Of a stretch of 64,000 nt of DNA, positions 24,351-37,879 are shown piece after piece. The stretch is from Camelus ferus (Eukaryota), in contig NC_045696.1 in the NCBI RefSeq assembly GCF_009834535.1, positions 97,032,001 through 97,096,000 of the forward strand, given 5' to 3'. Under the pieces are notes generated by a model that saw only the letters and a program-made list of their open reading frames with translations, made no database searches and had not been told where the DNA came from. The translations under genes and the position numbers were made by a program. How positions within the stretch are numbered: the stretch's first letter is position 1; every line of letters starts with the position of its first letter.

Positions 24351-25994
24351 TATGAACTGTTTTTCCTGATCTTGAGGAACTTCACTTCTGGGTATCCTCA
24401 AAAGGAGTCACTGTGTGATTCCTTAGACTGTACCCAAAACATCAATGCCTGCTGTAAACACAGCAGCAATCACCATCGTGTTCCATGGGACTGTCCCCAT
24501 AGGCTGACGGCTTAGGCTAAGGCACACATTTGGAAAAGGGTGGTCTACAAGGAATCAAAACTCAAGTTCACAGCCCTGTTATGATCTCATTTAATCCTAG
24601 GGTAACAGTTAGCCTATCCAGGGTAATGTATGGACATCAATGCCCTTGAACCACTCCTTTGTAAATAGTATTTCCCACAACTGGACTTTGAATAAGAATG
24701 AGACCACAGGGAACTACAAGCTGTAATCTCCAGCTGCAAACCTACCTGGAACATAAAAGCCTGCACTGCTGATAAGAGCAGATATAGGTGCTTTAACAAC
24801 CGACTAGTGAGAGAGGAGGGTTAAGTGCTCCTTATACAAAGTCAGAAGCATAAGCAAGACGTATGCCTGATGGATGAATGTTCAGTGGCTGGTGGAGATG
24901 AGCCCCACAAGACGTAGCCTTTCTTTCCGCTATATTCCCCTGGCACTGTGTCTCTGTCTCGATGATAGCATGTACAGCCCAGATTTATGCAGCTCTATTG
25001 CTGGTTATGAGCCTACTCATTTTGTAGCCCCAGACCATGTTATGTCTCATATAATAGACTTAGGTGTGTTCTTAGAAATATCTAGAAGAAGTATTTTTTT
25101 ATTGAACAGTGGGTGGCAGTTGCTTAGGTAATATTTGGACGATCAACGTAGCACAAAGAAATCAATAGCAACTTTATGCTATTTTTAGTAGTAATTACTT
25201 GCAATAAGCATTATTTGAATTCTTCCTGCTTAAAGACTGGAATACTAAGTACAATGGGCTAGACACTAGACGATTAAGGCTTAAGAGAAGGAACATGTCC
25301 TTTTCCTTGAAAAAACTCTCAACTAGGTATAAGGAGGGGCACATATAACATGATCTGAGAAAGGAAACCAGAACATTTATAAACGCTGCTATTTTAATAT
25401 AGGGTAAATTTTACATTGGGCAGAAAAACTTAAATGTAATGCTTTTGTGTCTAATTCCATGTTTAAGGACTTTGCTTGATAGAAAAGATTAGGGTCTATG
25501 ACTTGCTTTACAATTGGAAGTGTTCCATAAATTTAAAAAGTTGAAGAGAGTTACCTGATATGGAATTTTAAAATATACCCGTGAAATATACTCTTTATCG
25601 TGTATAATCAAGCTGCATCTTTTGCATTAATTGTGGGTTTAGATTAGAAGCACAGAAACACCATCTGCTAATCGTTTTTTTTTAATTGCCATAGACATTA
25701 AAGAGGCATTCCCATCTTACTTGGGGTCTAGGAACAAATGGAAAAAGACATATAAATTACACACTAAGTTGCAAGAGTAACAGGAAATGAAAGATGAAAA
25801 GCCATGTGGGGAGAATGAAAAAGCTTATTTATTATCACTGGAAGTTAAAGAATTAAGTGATCGGATGTCAGGGATGTCACTTAGCTGGGGAAAGAACTTC
25901 AGATTTCATATGCTACAAAGCAGAGAGTGAAGGTACTTAAAAATCTGACTACTGGATCATAAAATCTTGAGAGTAGTAACTGCCTTCCAGGTAT

Positions 25995-26575
25995 ACATTT
26001 ATTCACTCAATAAACATTCTGGCATGGTGGCAGATCAAAAATAAATAAGAAATAATCCTTGTTCCTTGATGGCCCATAGTCTACTAGAGAAGAAATGATG
26101 TTTATACAAAAAGCCGTAATACAAGGTAGATTGTTTTAAATGTCATGGCAGGAATACAGGTCAAGTTCCAGGGATTTTGATTCGAAGGAGATCCAGCTGT
26201 ACGGCATCAAGAATGGCTTCCTAGAGGAGGTGACATTTGAACTGGACGCTAAGAAATTAGCAGCACTTTGACATAGAGCGATGGGAAGAAAACATTCCAG
26301 GGAGGAAAAACAGTGTAGCTGAAGTGTTGGTGGCAGAAAAGAGAGGCATATGTATTGAGAATAGAAGGCAATCCAGTTTTTCTGGTCCATCAGAGCTCAT
26401 TAAGTAGAAAAATGATAGATAGGGTTGAAAACAAGAGTAGAGGTCAGATTCTAGAGAGTCTATTAGATTTAAATGAAGGCACTTGGACTCTATTTGGTAG
26501 ATAATGAGGAGCTAGCAATGGTTTTTGAGTATCCAACAGACACTGAACATATGCTTTGGAAGAGGCATCAGATAA
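25995..26575 (-). mobile_element. L2 fragment
   Basis: catttattcactcaataaacatt...ggcttcctagaggaggtgacatttgaactgg...acattccagggaggaaaaacag. Confidence 0.75.
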
Positions 26576-26744
26576 TAGGGACCAAGCTATCACTCTGTTC
26601 ATGCTGAAGTGCCTAACACAGCGTTGGCATGTAATAAACATACGACAGTATTTTTAATTGTCTATTAGAGAAATATATGAGCAAGGAAGCCATCTAAGAA
26701 AGTTATTGAGAACGTCAGACATCTCCAGGGGAACCGACAAGGGA

Positions 26745-27248
26745 TGGACTAGGCATGCTCTGTTGGCACTCAGTATTCGTATCCATCTCCTGTTGCAAAC
26801 TCCCTGTATTGCTGGGGCTGGAAGGCTAACAGCGACATTTCTCAGGTTGCTGCCAAGGTTTAAGATGCCTCCTGTGAGATTTGGAAGGGGAAATGTAGGA
26901 GGTCATTTTTATTTCTGCAGCAGTGGCAAGTTCTGGCAGAAATGACTTTTTGCTGTGGACAGACTTCTCATCCCCCTGTCTCGTGACCAGCTTCACAGAT
27001 GTGGAGTAACTGAAACTACCAGCGGTTCCTTGACCTCTCAGTGCTGACAGTGATTTCCTGACCTCTGGTTCAGAGCTACAGGGTTATAACCTCAAAACCT
27101 AGCAGGGACATGAACTTCCCATCTAAAGGGATCTTCTCATATTTCAGCTCTTTCAATGATTCTGTAGCACTCAATTCCCTGGATTAAATTCCTTTCTACT
27201 TGAGGTTCCTAAAATGGTTTCTGTTTCCCCCGAACTCTGACAGGAACA
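26745..27248 (+). mobile_element. Old ERVL-class LTR (LTR33/LTR16 group)
   Basis: ctccctgtattgctggggctggaaggctaac...catttctcagg...attaaattcctttctacttga...tggtttctgtttcc...tgacaggaaca. Confidence 0.5.
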
Positions 27249-27544
27249 GGAGATGAGGAGACTTGCACAGCAGAGAGAAATAGCCACTCAGGACAAGTCA
27301 TTGTGGGATGGAAGAAAAGAAATTGAAGACGGAGGTCCTCTGGCACTACAAAGGGCATCAGTGCGACTTTCTGCCTCAGTGTGGGCCTTGTTCTCAGTCC
27401 TCTCTTCTTCTGCCTTAAAAACAAACACTCTTTCTCAATTATAAAAATAAAATAATATATATTCATTGTAGAAATCTTGGGAAATACAGAACACTATAAA
27501 GAAGGAAATAAAACTCAGCCATAACTGTACCAGAAATTACTCCT

Positions 27545-28020
27545 TGAATCAGTAAGGATGAGGTCTGAGATTCAGCTGTAAGTGACAGAAAACTCAATAT
27601 GGCAGTAGCCTAAGTGAAGAAGACATATTTCTTCCTCTCTCATAAACAAAATTTCTGGGTATGCAATCCAGGGATGGTTAGGTGGCCCCACCAGGAACCC
27701 AGGCTCCTTCTCTCTTGTAGTTCTGCTATTTTTTACGCATGCTTCCATTTCATTGTCCAGCATCACCGCTCTGTCGTATCTGCATTCCGGCCAGTAGGAA
27801 GGGAGAAAGAAAAATAAGAGCTTGTCCCCTCTTTTTAGGGAAATCACGTGTGACATTTTGCTTATGTGTCTTTGCTCCCGATGGTGACATCTCTTTTAAG
27901 AGGAATGTGAGCAATGTAATCTTTATTCTGCACAGCTGTGTACTCAGCTAAAAATGGGGAGTTCCATTAAGGAAGGGGGCAAGGAAGGATGCGAGAGGAC
28001 AGTTAGCACTCTCAGTCACA
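27545..28020 (-). mobile_element. MLT1J-type MaLR LTR
   Basis: ttcagctgtaagtgacagaaaactcaatatggcagtagcctaag...ggaacccaggctccttctctcttg...ending agtcaca. Confidence 0.7.
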
Positions 28021-29053
28021 TCACTGTGACCATCCACTCGTCCTTCATACGGAGGCTGGCAGTTTTCCTTGTCTTGGCCTCTCAGGTCCCAACACCACCC
28101 CCACCCAAGGTGATAAATGCTACTGCAGATGTCATTTTTTGTCACTTTATCTTCTCCTCTGTGACTGCAATATTTTGCTTCGAGTACTTCTTGTAGCATT
28201 ACTTTATTTTAAAATACTTTCTCTATCAGCCTACCTACAACCACCTAAATTTCCCTTCATATGTCCACCTGAAAATGGATCACCCCACTGGACCCCTCAG
28301 GCCAAACTTCTATAATGCCTTCTTTTAAAGTCTCCTTGACCAGGCATCTAGGTCCTTTTCCAAGAAGGGCTTCAGGTTGTATTGCCCTTCTCCTGACCCA
28401 CCATGCTACTTATTCTTCTGAAAGTCCAGTAGTTCTTGAAACATCTTCCTCGAAGCTTTTCTGGACTAATTGCAGCCCTCTGTGCACCTCATATGAAGCT
28501 CCAACTAATGTCCCTTCTCCTCTCCCTTACCAGGGTGGAAAACTATTTTCTATAATGTAAACTGCATCTCTTCCAATTTTTAGCTAGTATTCTTTCAGAG
28601 TTCTTTTCAGTCTGAGTTTTCTCCAACCATATTTTTCCTTTTCCCCTTTTTTTCCCAGTCTTAAAAGCTGCTCAGGGATTGAAGCCCTCTGACAGCAGAA
28701 ATATATGAAAAGAGACATTTAACTCATGTATTCTGTTGATGAAGTTTCTCTCTTGGCTCTCGTTGAGCTAAGTGAGGCACAATGAACATCTTCCTTGTCT
28801 CCTGGGACCTATCATGGCTCCTATCTGCAACACCTTGAGCTTCCCAAGCTTAAGGCTGAGTTAGAGATGCAACCATAGACAATCGACTTGCAATGCCACC
28901 CCCTAGAGAAATTCTCTAGTTAGGAAAATGCCTATTACCTAAATAAAGTGAGGATGCTTTCCCAGGGGAGTTGAGGATCAGTTCAGTACAATTCAATATC
29001 TAATCCCCACGTGAAAGGACATGGAAAGGAGAGTCTTCTGGGCCTTCAGCAAT

Positions 29054-29550
29054 TATAATAGTCCAGGTTATGTTGCTGTAACAAACAATCTTCATATATT
29101 AGTAACTTTAAGCCAAAAGGGTTGATTTCTTGCTCATGCTACTTGTCCCTTGTGGGCTGGCAGGGGACTCTGACATTATAGACATTTAAAGACTCAGGGT
29201 GATGGAGAAGCTACCATCTCAAATACTGGTCATTCCCATTCCACAGAGGAAAGAGAGCTCCAGAGAAGCTTTTTCTTTTTTTTTAATGGAGGTACTGGGA
29301 ATTGAACCCAGGACCCCATGCATGCTAAGCACGCACCCCACCACTGAGCTATACCTACTCTCCCAGGGAGTTTTGCATCAGTAATTTAATACTCTGTCCA
29401 AGAAGAGACCCATGTCACTTTTATCATTGGTGAGAACTAGTCACATGGTCCTGTCCAACTACAAGGAGACCAAGAAGTGCAACTCACTTTGTGCTTGAAA
29501 GAGCAGAGAAATGGAAATATTTAGAGAACAGCACTGATGATAGCCATACA
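29054..29550 (-). mobile_element. MLT1 (K/L-type) MaLR LTR interrupted by a SINE
   Basis: ggttatgttgctgtaacaaacaatc...atttcttgctcatgc...cattggtgagaactagtcacatggtcc...gccataca. Confidence 0.72.
29270..29361 (-). mobile_element. Camelid tRNA-derived SINE (Vic-1 type)
   Basis: Poly-T then aatggaggtactgggaattgaacccaggaccccatgcatgctaagcacgcaccccaccactgagctatacc. Confidence 0.92.
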
Positions 29551-30747
29551 ACCTAAGAAAAGCCCAGTCAGTTGTGATTATTAACTTTCACAAGTCACTG
29601 TTTGACCCAGAATAACACAGCAATTGCAATCCACATTTCTAAACCTCTTGGTATTTCAAGCAAAGGAAATCACTTGCAATATTTTGCTCCTAATTACTCT
29701 ATACTCCTCTCAAATTGTTTCTACTTCAAGGTAAAATGTTTTGAGAGCTCTGGTATAAACTCCCAGGTCTGTCTCAGCTTCCTTGCTGACATACTCAGCA
29801 CTTGGCCCCTCCTTGAGCATCCTCTGCACCCCTACCGCCAGCCCCAGCCTCCCCTCTGCATTGGCCCGTCACCCTGGGAGCTGTTTGCATGCATCACTGT
29901 TTCAGTGGATGGCAGCAATACACAAGGGCACCTCACTGTTGGAAAGGAACTGCCTTCTGCCTGCCAAGGACAAATGCAGATACACAAAGCAATATCAAGC
30001 AAGACTTCACATCAAAAGGAACCCTGCCTGGGTTTGCCAAGAGCAGGGCTGCCTCTGAGCCTCTTCCTTCAGCCTTCTCAGTGTTCTTTGGGCCCATGGG
30101 GCCCAGGGTGTTCCAGTCAGCCCCCCTCATTCACCCGGCACTCCTTTTCACTCTGACACCTGAGGTTCAGACCTTCCTGAATCTGGCCTTGACCACTTGA
30201 ACAGAGCAGAATGCCAAGTGTTGAAAAATGCTGTGTGATTAGGAAGGAAAATCCATGAGAAATATTTACTCTGTGAACTCTGTTTGAGTAGGAGAACAGA
30301 ATACTTTGCTCAACTGGTTCAGTACTGCAACACGTAGAGAGCTAAGATGCCCTGCCTAGAGCTGCAGAGGAAAAGCACAGAAGGGACTTACCTATCGAGG
30401 AAGAAAGGATGCTCTATGAGCAGAGGCTGAGGAACATCAGAACCAGCGCTGAGACAGAGACTGGCTGTCCTAGGCATTCAGAGCTGGTGGGGAGAAGTGG
30501 TTTCCCAAGAAACTCCCAGTTCCACTTCAGAGTCAACACGAGTCTGGTTCTGTTGCTTTAAGGAAAAGAAAAAGTCTCTGTTTTAGAAGAAGGATGAGGG
30601 AAAAATGGAAAAAGGGACTGACAGTGACAGATAAAGGGACAGAATTTTCTTTTAGAAAACAGGTAAGGCTTTCTGTTCTGCATGCTAAAGAACTCTTTTG
30701 GAAAGCTACATTAATCATCAAAATACAATGAAAGTTTTAAAGCCAAA

Positions 30748-30915
30748 TATTGTAAGAGCTGGAAGGGGAACTTAGAGATTGTTTTTTCCAAATTATTTTT
30801 TTCCGCGTTAAGAAAATCTGAAGCTCAGGAGTGTCAAGGTGTTTTTTCACAGTCACACGCTGGTTAGTTACAAAGCCATAGCTAGAACCCTGAGCTCCTG
30901 GCTCCCAGGCTTGGT
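30748..30915 (-). mobile_element. MIR SINE
   Basis: agagctggaaggggaacttagagatt...agtcacacgctggttagttacaaagccatagctagaaccctgagctcctggctccca. Confidence 0.7.
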
Positions 30916-32254
30916 GGAGCAGTCTTAAACATGGCATGTGACCAGAGTGCAGGACTGCAACTTCGTCAAGTACAGTATTTTTAACACATGGCTTCAACCC
31001 TTTGACTAAGATCTTCCATTGTGGCCAACCCTACTGCCCTGTTCCAACAGCTTCCCAGAACGGTAGTAATTAGAGCAAAAAAAAAAAAAAAAAAAAAAAA
31101 AATGGACAGGGCCCAGAGAAAATGTCACAGTTCTAGACGTGGGAGGAGGTAGAGATAATGCCTTTACATAATTTCCTACTTTCAGAACACTTCATGTGGC
31201 CATGGGGCCAGGGAGACAACGCAGGCATTCCATGATGGGGAAAAAAAAAAATTACATCTTTTACTAACCTCCCATTGAAAGGCAGCATTTCCTTCATTAT
31301 GAATGTAGGCAACAAATGAGGATGGTATTTGCAGAACTTGGACTTTCTCACTAACAGAAATGATAAATATTTTCATAGTTGGTAGATACCTTGGAATATC
31401 TTTATCTTTATTACTATTTTGCAATTATAGCAGTTGTTAGATCTGCCACCAGATCTTGTTATTTATTGCTTAACAGCACATATATGGCTATGTTACAGAT
31501 TTTTATAAATCTTTTGAAAGCAAAATTTCAATGTAATTAGATTTCTTTATAATTCTCTGTATTTCATTTTATGCAGTGGAAGGCATTATCCTGAGAAGGA
31601 TCTGTAGACTTCATCTGACTGTCAAAGGGTCCTTGGCATAAAGATTGGGAACCTCTGACATATGAGGGGTGAATGAGTATCAGGTTGCTGATGGGTATCC
31701 ACGTCACACAGTCCCACGTCCCTGTTCCATCATCCCGTGGGCTCAGAGTGACAGAGATGCTCACTTGTCATTCTGGATTGGAGAGCTGCCAGTGTCTCTT
31801 GCCAGACTGTGCTCGTAATTCAGGGTGTGCTAGGCTTTGAAAGCTGGTGTGACTATATTAACAAACGTGACAGGGAAGACCCCATTGTTTGGCATTATTA
31901 TTAAAATGAAGGCTGACAGTGACTTTGTGACATTTATATTAAGAGAGTTATTTTCACATGTCCCATGGAAGTTTTTTCCCCAGGGAGTCAGCAGTCTTAA
32001 ATCCACTCAAAAGGAAATCAGGTTTTTCAAAGATGGCAAAAGTTGGTTTGGCGTAACAAATACATGTTTAGAAAAAAAAAAGAAATTTTAAAATATCGAG
32101 GCACAATTTTCCACCTCTCAAAAAAGAAAAGAGTTTTAAAGATGATAATTCTCAGGAGTGGTGGGTGTACCGAAATGTGTGTTTTCATAAGTTGCCCACA
32201 AGACCAAGAGTTGGCATAACTTTTCTCGATGTAGCTTGGGCTCTATGTTTTAAA

Positions 32255-32760
32255 TGCTTTTCACCCAGTAATTTCACTTCTAGGAATTTATCCCATGAGT
32301 AAAACATTACAAGATATTCTTTCAAGGATATTCATCAAAATATTATTTGTAACAGTAAAAACTGGAAACAACATGAATGCCAGCAACTTGAGGTTGGTTA
32401 AATAAACTATGCTACATCTGTTGGACAAACTATTATGTAGCTAATTTTAAAGAATTACCATTCTGAGAATATTTAATTATATGGGCAATGTGTAAATATA
32501 ATTTTAGGCTAAAAAATGCAAGACATAAAACTGCATGTGTAAAATAATCCTGTTTTGGGGTTTCAAAATATTCGTTGTACTAGTTTGCAATCTAACTTGT
32601 ATGCATATGCATGTAGAATATATATGTGTTTAAAAAAACCCTGGGAAGAAATGTATCAAAGTGTTAATTAGTATTGGCAGTCTTGGGGTAGCTGTATTTT
32701 AATATCTTTATTGACTTCTTTTTACTTTGCTTGGTATATTCTGACATTAGTTAAAGCAGT
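32255..32760 (+). mobile_element. Old L1ME-type 3' fragment
   Basis: cccagtaatttcacttctaggaatttatccc...aaactggaaacaacatgaatgcc...ggttaaataaactatgctacatc. Confidence 0.75.
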
Positions 32761-33717
32761 AAGACATTGTGTTTTAAACGATGAGCTGGTGCCACATGGG
32801 CTGATCTCTGTTTGCAGTGCCTCCTTGTTGCTCCAGACAAAAGTTTGTTTTGCTGGTTGCTACTGAGTGTTATTTTTCTCCTAACCTTTGCTCTCTTTCC
32901 CCACCATTGGCTTCCAGATGTTCGATTTAACCAAGTTCAGGGCATTCGACTCGTATGCATTTTCCCCCTCCAGCTTGGACAGAAAATTTAGAAACTACAT
33001 TAAGGCTGCTAATCTGAGAGAGTCAGCATCGGCATGAATGTCAACCAGAAACCTCTAGGCATAATGAGAACTAGTTCAATGGGGGAATCTGAAGCTTTTG
33101 TAAACAAAACTGAGCATGGAGCTTAAAATAGGGTGAGAATTTGAGGAGGCATCCAACCCTCTTCTCTTTTCACCTCTGATTGTTTCTGCCTAGCTGTGCT
33201 TTGTGCATGTCGAAAGCCAGGCCGGGAGACGAAAGAGAATTCTTCTAGGGCCACTTAACCTTTTGCTGATATTTGCTTGAAAGTGATACATTTTCAACTT
33301 TAAGTGATTATTTAGCAGGTAGTGTATAAATTGGCTGGAAAAAAAAAGTGTTTGGCTGGATGAAGACATTGTCTATTGATTTTACCTTGAAAGTGAGAAT
33401 TATGAAGCAGTTTTCTGTCTGTGAATGCTTGTTTTAAGGTTCATTATTTGCAAAGCCATTTAGAATTTTGAAAACACTATATTCCCTTCCTCCTCTGTTT
33501 CTTAAACTTGGATCGATTTTTCTCCTGGGTGAAGTTTAAAATAATAAAAACCGAGAAACCATTTACTCAATGCCTCCTGTTGCATAGCAATCTAAACAAA
33601 CAAGCCCCTTTCCTCTCTTACGAACTTCCAATGAAACAAATCACAAAGGTTGTGTTTTAAAAAGATGATTTCCAAGCCTCCTTGTTTTTTGTTTTTTTAA
33701 AGAAGCTTCCTTAAAAA

Positions 33718-33719
33718 AA

Positions 33720-33752
<33 letters not shown>

Positions 33753-33759
33753 CAGAGAG
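33718..33759. repeat. (TA)n(GA)n compound microsatellite
   Basis: Directly visible. Confidence 0.9.
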
Positions 33760-33996
33760 GCCAAAGATTGCAGGCAAAATACTCAATTGACTTTTTAGTG
33801 AGTCACTTCTCAGGCTACTGCAGGGATTTGAAAACTCGTTTGTGGTGAGGCCAGAGGGGCTGAGCTGGACACACGAATACCAAGCCAACCAAAACAGAAA
33901 CAACAATAAGAAATAATAATAACCATCAAGTGTTCAGTATCCTCTGTGTGCCCGGCGCCATACCATGTAAATTACCTAGTCTCATAACAAACCTCT

Positions 33997-34478
33997 TGTG
34001 ATGGATGTGTCCCAACCACGTCCAGGTCTGCGCTCTGCTCTTCTCCAACCTGTTCTCTGAAAGCTTGACCTGTAAGGACTGCGACAAAGGGCTCCCTTGC
34101 CCAAGGGCACTGGCAGGAGAGAGGAGGGAGGAGGCAAGGATGGGGTGTTTATTTTTCTGGCTCCTTTCCTGTTGGTTACGGCAGGTTGGCTGTGTCCCTC
34201 CAGCCCAGAGTTCCCGCCTCGCGCCAGGCAGCCCTCCCTATACGACTCCCAAATCCAGGAATTGCTCCTCTCCCTCTGCCCCTTGCCTCCTAGTGGTAAG
34301 AGCTCCTTGCTGTGGCTAGATCTAGAGGATGACCCCTACTCCTGATGGTAGAGTCCAGCCCAACCGGACCTCTGCAAAAAGGCTCTTTGTTAACCCTCTT
34401 CGGTAACCCCATTTTGTGGGTGCCATCTGTTTCCTGCTTACCTGTTACCCCTGCCACCACCCTCAGTGGACACTGATA
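33997..34478 (+). mobile_element. ERVL-class LTR (LTR33/LTR16 group)
   Basis: TG start; ttgacctgtaaggactgc...gggctcccttgccc...ggggtgtttatttttctggctcctttcctg...gtgggtgccatctgtttcctgc. Confidence 0.7.
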
Positions 34479-34939
34479 GTTCTTGCTAAGAGGACTGCAA
34501 CAGCCCCTTAACTGACTCTGACTTTCCAGGTTATTTTATGTACTCTTGCAAAGCGAATCTTTCTAAAACACTGCTAAAACCCTCAGTGTGCCCCCATCGC
34601 CCATAGGGAAGTATTCAAACATGCCATCTCTAGACTTTGAAGAGTTCTTAGCTTTGATCAACCAGTTGGTGCTCCATCTCTGGAGAGATGGTGCAGTTTT
34701 CTCCTTCTGTCTGATTGTTCACACGGTCAACAGGCCTTTGCTACCGGCTTCCAAATTGCACTCATCCCTCAAGATTCTCCTCCAGCCTCACGTTTTCCAG
34801 TTGGTCTTTCCTCCATGACGCTCTTGTTGGAATGTTTTTCTGTCCAAGTTATGGGGAGATCAGTGAGTTAACACCTTGCCATAGATACTCAAGTATTTTG
34901 GAAACATTATTTACATTTTAAATCATTTGGCTTTTCAAA

Positions 34940-35400
34940 ATTATGGGCTTTGGCACCGGGTAGCTTTGGCCTTGACTGTGAGCTCTGTCAACATTGGAAA
35001 CTTGCACAAGTTATTAACCTAGCAGAGCTTCCTTTGACTCAAAAATGAAGGGGTATTAGTAATACCTGCCTTACATGATATTGTGAGGATGTATAAAACC
35101 CTTATAGGATACAGTGAAAAAATATTATTTTACTTCTCTTGTTTTCTCTTTCCTTTGACTAGGGCTCAAAGCTGCCTAACATGTATTAAATGCTTACCAT
35201 GTGTCATGTACTATTCTAAGCATTTTGTCCACATTAATTTAATTACAGCAATCCTACTTACTATTACTTCCCCTATTTTACAGATGGAGAAACCGAGGTA
35301 GAGAAAGTTTAAGAAACTTGCCCAAGGTTTACCAGGTCTAAGGTGGGAGCATTAATTCACAAGTAGATTGTAGAGTTTTTGAGACAAAGATCCATCTTTA
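34940..35400. mobile_element. Two MIR SINEs in opposite orientation (about 34940-35110 plus, 35175-35400 minus)
   Basis: caagttattaacc...aatacctgccttacatgatattgtgaggat; and ctattttacagatggagaaaccgaggtagagaaagtttaagaaacttgcccaagg. Confidence 0.75.
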
Positions 35401-37879
35401 TACCAGACTACTTTCTGTCTTTCACAGGGCCAAGTATGATGTCTTACATATAGCCGGCGTTCAATAAAGGTTGACTTCATTCCAAGAGGCAAAGGCAATT
35501 AAGCTAGTGTCGCAATAGGCAGGGGGCTGGAAATGCACATGGTCAAAAGCAGCAGCTGCTTCCAGGAACCATGTGCAGCTGAGAAAGAGCTGGGATGCAA
35601 GGTCCTGGCAACTGAGGAATGCGGCTGCTGCAGGAAGTCAGCGTGAAGCCAGCTGGGGGGAGGCAAGAAAGAGGAGACCTGAGTGGGGAGGCCAGCAATG
35701 GTGGAAAGCTGCACCAGTGGAGCCGGAACTCCTCTCCAGCAATCCTCTCGGGCCCCGAGGAGACAGTAAATGTCACTCCATCCCGTGGTTATACCGCTGA
35801 AGTGTCTTTAAAAACACTTAGCCCCAAACTGATGGGCCCTTTCCTGCTGCCTGTCTTACCTGAGCCAGCAACCTCAGAGCTTTCTGGGATTTCTGTTAAA
35901 AACACCCAGATCCCAGGATTCATTTCTCCACCAACACAACTGTCGCTCATGCCAAGCATGGGACATATGGCTGAGCATCTGGGAGGGGGCAGACCAGCCA
36001 GGAGTGCTGGCGGGCGGCACAGGCTTTCATTAGAATGGCTGTGTCACAGTAAATCATTTTGTGAATGTTCCCTCCCCTTCTCTCTGCATAGCGAAACATA
36101 AAGGAAGACGAATTATCCGAGGCTCCATAATGCTGTTGGAATATGCCAAAGCTTGTGCCTGAGACACTTCCTGACATTTCCTTAAATATCTTTTTAATAT
36201 CTTGGCCAGGTCAGGCATACCAATGGCATTACAGAGCTTGCAAATCAATGCCCCAGCTGTTTTGGTTTTTTAATAAAACTGAATGTGATCTCTTTTAAAT
36301 GATTGCCTCCCCTCCCCCACCCCGCCCCTAGTTTTCTACAGGGCTTTCAGAGAGTAGGACTGTGGGCAGCTCTGAAGTCAGGACTTGGCTCTGAAAGAAT
36401 AGTTGTTCCTTTGGGGTGGGGGTGGGGTGGGGTAGAAATCAAACATTTGCGGGATTACTGTCATCATTTTTCCCCTAGTCTCTGGCCTCACAAATCTGGT
36501 GATCGACATAATTCACCAAACAAATTTGTGGCTTTCTGCTGTTTTAAAAAATGAATTTACCAAAATGTTGCCGAAGAATCTAATGGTTTCAGCTTCTAAA
36601 AATTACATGGGTTTCTCCATCTGGGATCAGTCCAAGTGATTTATTCATAATTTTATTAGAGATCTTTTTTCCCAGGGAAATTCTTTGTATCTGCTTATCA
36701 ACATAATGAAAATTGAAAGAGCCCCCACCAAGAATTCAACCATATGCATGTGACTTTTGCCCCCTGAAAAAAATGGGATAAGTAAAACTGTCATCAACAG
36801 GGACCATCTTGGCTGCTGGACATCTGTGGTCCCCAGTTACAACAAGAATTCCTCATGCAAGTAGGGAGGTGGTCCTGTCAAATCTGGGGTCCCAGTAGGA
36901 GGAAACATCCAGTGTAAGTGCCTATAAATCAGAGTTTTATAATGACATTAGTTGACTGCTACTTTTGTGGGTCATAAATGTGACACAACCATAAACAGTC
37001 TGGTTGCTTTGAGGGTGTATTTGAAGGACTCTTTTATTGGTTTTGAGATAGTTTGGTACCTTCATCGGGAAGGTCTCATCTGCTTTTACAATTTATTGCC
37101 TTTATTTTCTATAGTTTGACCAAAATGTCTAAGCTTTTTTCCTTCCAACATTCTGCCTGGGTATTACATTAGTGGAAGTCTGTGTTTTCCCTGGGCCTTC
37201 GGAACCACAAGCCAAATTAAGACAAATGGGGAGTTGGAGCCTCAGCTGGGCCCCTGGAGAGGCCTCCTCCCACTGCCTTCCCGCCCCTGACTTCTCACAA
37301 ACCAGCTTCGAAGCAACTAAAATTACCCCCCCCCCCTTTTTTTTTCTGACCACAGGCAAAGTCCTGTCTCCTCGGTTCTCTGAAAGTTATCCATTCCTGA
37401 ATTTTACCCTTAACCACACTGGAGGAAAGGGAATAACTGAGGTCAGGAAATATGGAAAGAATGTTAACAATTTACCACTAAAATATACATTAAGAATATT
37501 TCCAGCAAGTATAATCTCCACGTTGAACTTCTAAATCTGGAATTCGCCTGTCATGTGACCATCTTCACATTTACGTGTGTCCCCTTCGGCCTCAATTCAG
37601 CCCTTCCTGAATGAACTCTCTGTAAAAAGGAGGACTGATTAAAAATAGACAAGCCAGGTCGCCAAGTTTCCCTCCTTATTCAACATTTGGCTGCACTGAT
37701 TGTAAATGCTAACGTGGTTAGGTTAAAATTCTTGTCTTTCTCATGAACTGGTGCAGGAATATCATCAGAGATTTGAACAGACATGAAAATAGAAGTAAAA
37801 ATACACTCACAGGTAATGCCTTCAAGTTCTGTTACTAGAAATCTAAAGTCGTAAATTCTTTTGCTTTAAGATTGTCACA

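Noticed and set aside
29602..30156. Longest ORF in the track (184 aa)
   Set aside because: Non-ATG start, no recognisable domain and overlapping chance ORFs in other frames; expected by chance in 64 kb.
31077..31102. Long poly-A run suggesting a processed pseudogene tail
   Set aside because: No upstream AATAAA, TSD or mRNA-like body is visible.
35619..36101. 160-aa ORF
   Set aside because: GC-rich, stop-poor sequence with no recognisable homology or exon structure.
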